Assembly: GCA_038213805.1 (NCBI GenBank)
Contig: JBBQSO010000094.1
Location: 1-19,249, forward strand
DNA: 19,249 nucleotides
Direction: 5' to 3'
Source: Planctomycetota bacterium
GTDB taxonomy: Bacteria; Planctomycetota; UBA11346
Below the pieces are notes generated by a model. It saw nothing but the letters and a program-made list of their open reading frames with translations. It did not search any database and was not told the origin of the DNA. The position numbers and the translations under genes are program-made. Below, in pieces: positions 16,963 through 19,249 of this stretch; position 1 is the stretch's first letter, and every line of letters begins with the position of its first letter.

Positions 16963-18873
16963 ATGCCCGTGCTCCGCTCGACCATCCTGCGCCTCGAGCG
17001 CGAGATCAACCAGGAGAACGCCCGTTCCCTGGCGGCCCTGCACCACGCCTACGAGCAGCTCACGGCCGCACTGCTGGCGGCGGCGCGTGAGCGCGGCTAC
17101 CTGGGCAGCGACCCGTTCGGAGGCCTCGGCCACCTGCTGACGCCGCCGCCGCTCGCCAACCGCATCGGCGAGGAATCGGTCCAGTTGTGGAAGACCTTCT
17201 TCGCCAACTTCCGCCCCGATGAGGCCGCCTTCGAAGCCGCGCGCTTCCAGGAAAAAGCCGGCCTACTCGACGGCCACGTCCACGATCTCGCGCCCGGCGA
17301 GCGTCCCGACCCGTCGCTGACCCTCGAGATCCTCGAGACCCTCAGTGGCCTATGGGAGGAGCGCCACCAGGCGATCAACGAGCGCCTCGACGCGCTCATT
17401 GGCGAACTCTCGACGCACCAGGCCCAGCTCGGCTCGGTGCAACTTGCCACCGCCCATCAAAGCGACGAGCTCTCGCGCATCGCCCAGGTCGTGGCTGCCG
17501 CGCTCGGCGAGATCAAAGAACACCCGCCCGCCGACGAGCCGCTCGGCCAGCAGGTCGGGCGCCTGGTCGGGCGCTACCGCAACGATCTCGCCGCCAGCCG
17601 CCGCCACGCCCAGGGCATGATCGCGGCGGTGCGCCGCCTGCTCGATGCGCTCAAGGCGGTCGCGACGCGCAGCGAGATGCCGCCCCTGCCGCCCGAGGCC
17701 GAGGCGGTGTTCACCGAGGTGCGCAAGCTCGACGACGCACGCCGCGAACTCGAGGTCACGGTGCGCGAATTGCGCGGCACGGTCGCCAAGCTCGAGTCCG
17801 AACGCGTCGAACTGATGGAGGAGGTCGCCGCCCGCGACCGCCGCATCACCCGCTACGAGGCCGGCGACGACCACCAGCTGGACGAGCGCCTGCGCCTCTA
17901 CCGCCAGGCCTTTGCCGCCTGGGAGCAGGGCGCCGACCCCAAGACCGCGCTGGAGGCGGTGCGCAAGCTGGAGCGCGTCGTCAGCCTGCCCGCCGCCGAC
18001 GAGCAGCAGGCGGTGCGCGCCCTCGACCGCCACCTTGCCGAGCTCGCCAAGTGCCTTGAGGACCTGCGCGGGCTGGTGCCGCTGGCCGACGACCCCAAGC
18101 GCTTCCGCCCGCGTTTCTTCGGCTCGAAATACGACTTCAAGGCGCTGCGCGGCCAGGTCGCGGCGCTGCGCGACGCGTCCCGCGACCTCAACGAGTATCT
18201 CGACCGCGCGCGCTGGGCGGTCGGGCTGTCGGTGCTCGCCAAGCAGGTGCCCAAGCTGCGCGCGGTGTTCAAAGAGATGGTCTCGCTGGTCGCGCACTGG
18301 CGCGAAAAACTTGGCGACCCGCCCCCGGTCTCGATCACCATCAGCATGGACGGCGGCAGCGGCATCCTCGCCCTGCCCGCGATCCTGGCCAGCGACCTGG
18401 AATCGGTGATGCGCAAGAAGGCCAAGGCCGGCCCGGCCGCAGCGAGCCTGGCGCCGGTGCTCGGCGAATGCGTCGCGCTCTACCACCGCACCGTCGAGCA
18501 GGCGCGCGGCGAGCCCATCCCGCGCGTCGAGGTGCCCAAACGCGAGGGCGCCATCCAGGCTGTCACGCGCCTGGGCGGCGAACTCTCGGCGCTGGCCGCG
18601 ATCTGCGAGACCTCGTTCGGCGAGGCGGTGGCGCACGAATTCGTGCTGGGCGACGCGGACAACGCGCTGCTCGCGGACGACCACCTGCTGCGGCACGCGC
18701 TGCACAACCTCGACGGCGCCTGCGCCGAACTCGCCGCCCTGCCCAACGCCCCGCCGCTGGTGGCGCTGCCGCTGCCGGGGCGCGGCAAGGACTTCGACAA
18801 GTTCCTGGCGTGCGGACGGCAGCGGGCGGAATGGCTGGAGGAGGTGGCGTTGTATCGGGTGGTGGCGACGTGA
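16963..18873 (+). CDS. Hypothetical alpha-helical/coiled-coil protein, 636 aa
   Basis: Long ORF with strong GC3 bias, rich in L/E/R/A; heptad pattern in LDDARRELEVTVRELRGTVAKLESERVELMEEV; no signal peptide, TM segment or recognisable motif. Confidence 0.88.
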   Translation: MPVLRSTILRLEREINQENARSLAALHHAYEQLTAALLAAARERGYLGSDPFGGLGHLLTPPPLANRIGEESVQLWKTFFANFRPDEAAFEAARFQEKAGLLDGHVHDLAPGERPDPSLTLEILETLSGLWEERHQAINERLDALIGELSTHQAQLGSVQLATAHQSDELSRIAQVVAAALGEIKEHPPADEPLGQQVGRLVGRYRNDLAASRRHAQGMIAAVRRLLDALKAVATRSEMPPLPPEAEAVFTEVRKLDDARRELEVTVRELRGTVAKLESERVELMEEVAARDRRITRYEAGDDHQLDERLRLYRQAFAAWEQGADPKTALEAVRKLERVVSLPAADEQQAVRALDRHLAELAKCLEDLRGLVPLADDPKRFRPRFFGSKYDFKALRGQVAALRDASRDLNEYLDRARWAVGLSVLAKQVPKLRAVFKEMVSLVAHWREKLGDPPPVSITISMDGGSGILALPAILASDLESVMRKKAKAGPAAASLAPVLGECVALYHRTVEQARGEPIPRVEVPKREGAIQAVTRLGGELSALAAICETSFGEAVAHEFVLGDADNALLADDHLLRHALHNLDGACAELAALPNAPPLVALPLPGRGKDFDKFLACGRQRAEWLEEVALYRVVAT

Positions 18874-18876
18874 AGA

Positions 18877-18911
18877 GCGGACGGGTGGCAGCTGACGGCT
18901 GACGGTTGATA
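18877..18911. repeat. Degenerate heptamer array (GCTGACG-like) x5
   Basis: gcggacg ggtggca gctgacg gctgacg gttgata, separated from the stop by 3 nt. Confidence 0.7.
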
Positions 18912-18962
18912 GCCGCACGTAGCGACCGGCGAGATACGCGGGTCAGTCAACGCACATGCTCG

Positions 18963-19139
18963 AGAGCACCGAAGGTGCGTCGAGGCAGCAGCCCAGGGCA
19001 ACGCCCTACCCATTACCCACAAGTCAGTCGAATCGCAGCCACTCAGAGCCCGCGGAGCGGGCGACACATCGTAGCCCAGGGCCCCAAGCCCTGGGTCGCG
19101 CGGAGTGTCTGCGGGCCAGCCCACGGAGTGGGCGACACA
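18963..19139 (+). repeat. REP-like cluster of alternating hairpins (A-B-A-B-A)
   Basis: A units: AGCACC-GAA-GGTGC, AGCCCGC-GGA-GCGGGCGACACA (19047-19068), AGCCCAC-GGA-GTGGGCGACACA (19118-19139). B units: GCAGCCCAGGGC-AAC-GCCCT (18988-19007), GTAGCCCAGGGC-CCCAA-GCCCTGGG (19071-19095). Confidence 0.75.
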
Positions 19140-19249
19140 GCAGGCTCAGCGGCAATGCACGACCATTGGGACCCGATCTGGGGATGTCCGTGGATCATCA
19201 CGATTCGCCCAGCATGCACCTCATTTCGAGGTGGCAGGACCTGTGCCGC

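Noticed and set aside
18480..19124. 214-aa minus-strand ORF across the REP-like region
   Set aside because: It overlaps the 636-aa gene antisense and runs through repeats, with no HUH or other transposase motif.

Overview
High-GC (roughly 70% by eye) bacterial chromosomal segment. Gene and repeat content suggest a Planctomycetota/PVC-like organism (inference only). I support 12 CDS: aroC (minus, runs off the left edge), an E. coli-type speD, a 195-aa orphan, a family-16-like methyltransferase, a secreted clan-A glycoside hydrolase, a FAD/Fe-S (Dld-II-type) D-2-hydroxyacid dehydrogenase, a NUDT22-like Nudix hydrolase translationally coupled to larC, larC, a GAF-PAS-PAS hybrid histidine kinase, a 4-TM protein, a secreted sialate O-acetylesterase with an extra C-terminal domain, and a 636-aa helical orphan. 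No rRNA, tRNA, CRISPR array or transposase was seen. The non-coding DNA is the most unusual part. Many intergenic spacers carry 7- or 8-mer tandem arrays arranged as inverted arms around a unique core; in two of them every point mismatch becomes a G-U pair on the transcribed strand. There is also a REP-like hairpin cluster with a compensatory base change, and a recurring promoter-like motif 6-8 nt before start codons that lack a Shine-Dalgarno site, suggesting leaderless mRNAs. The larC-Nudix-dehydrogenase neighbourhood is the best candidate for an undescribed metabolic link. All protein calls come from recalled motifs, not database searches.
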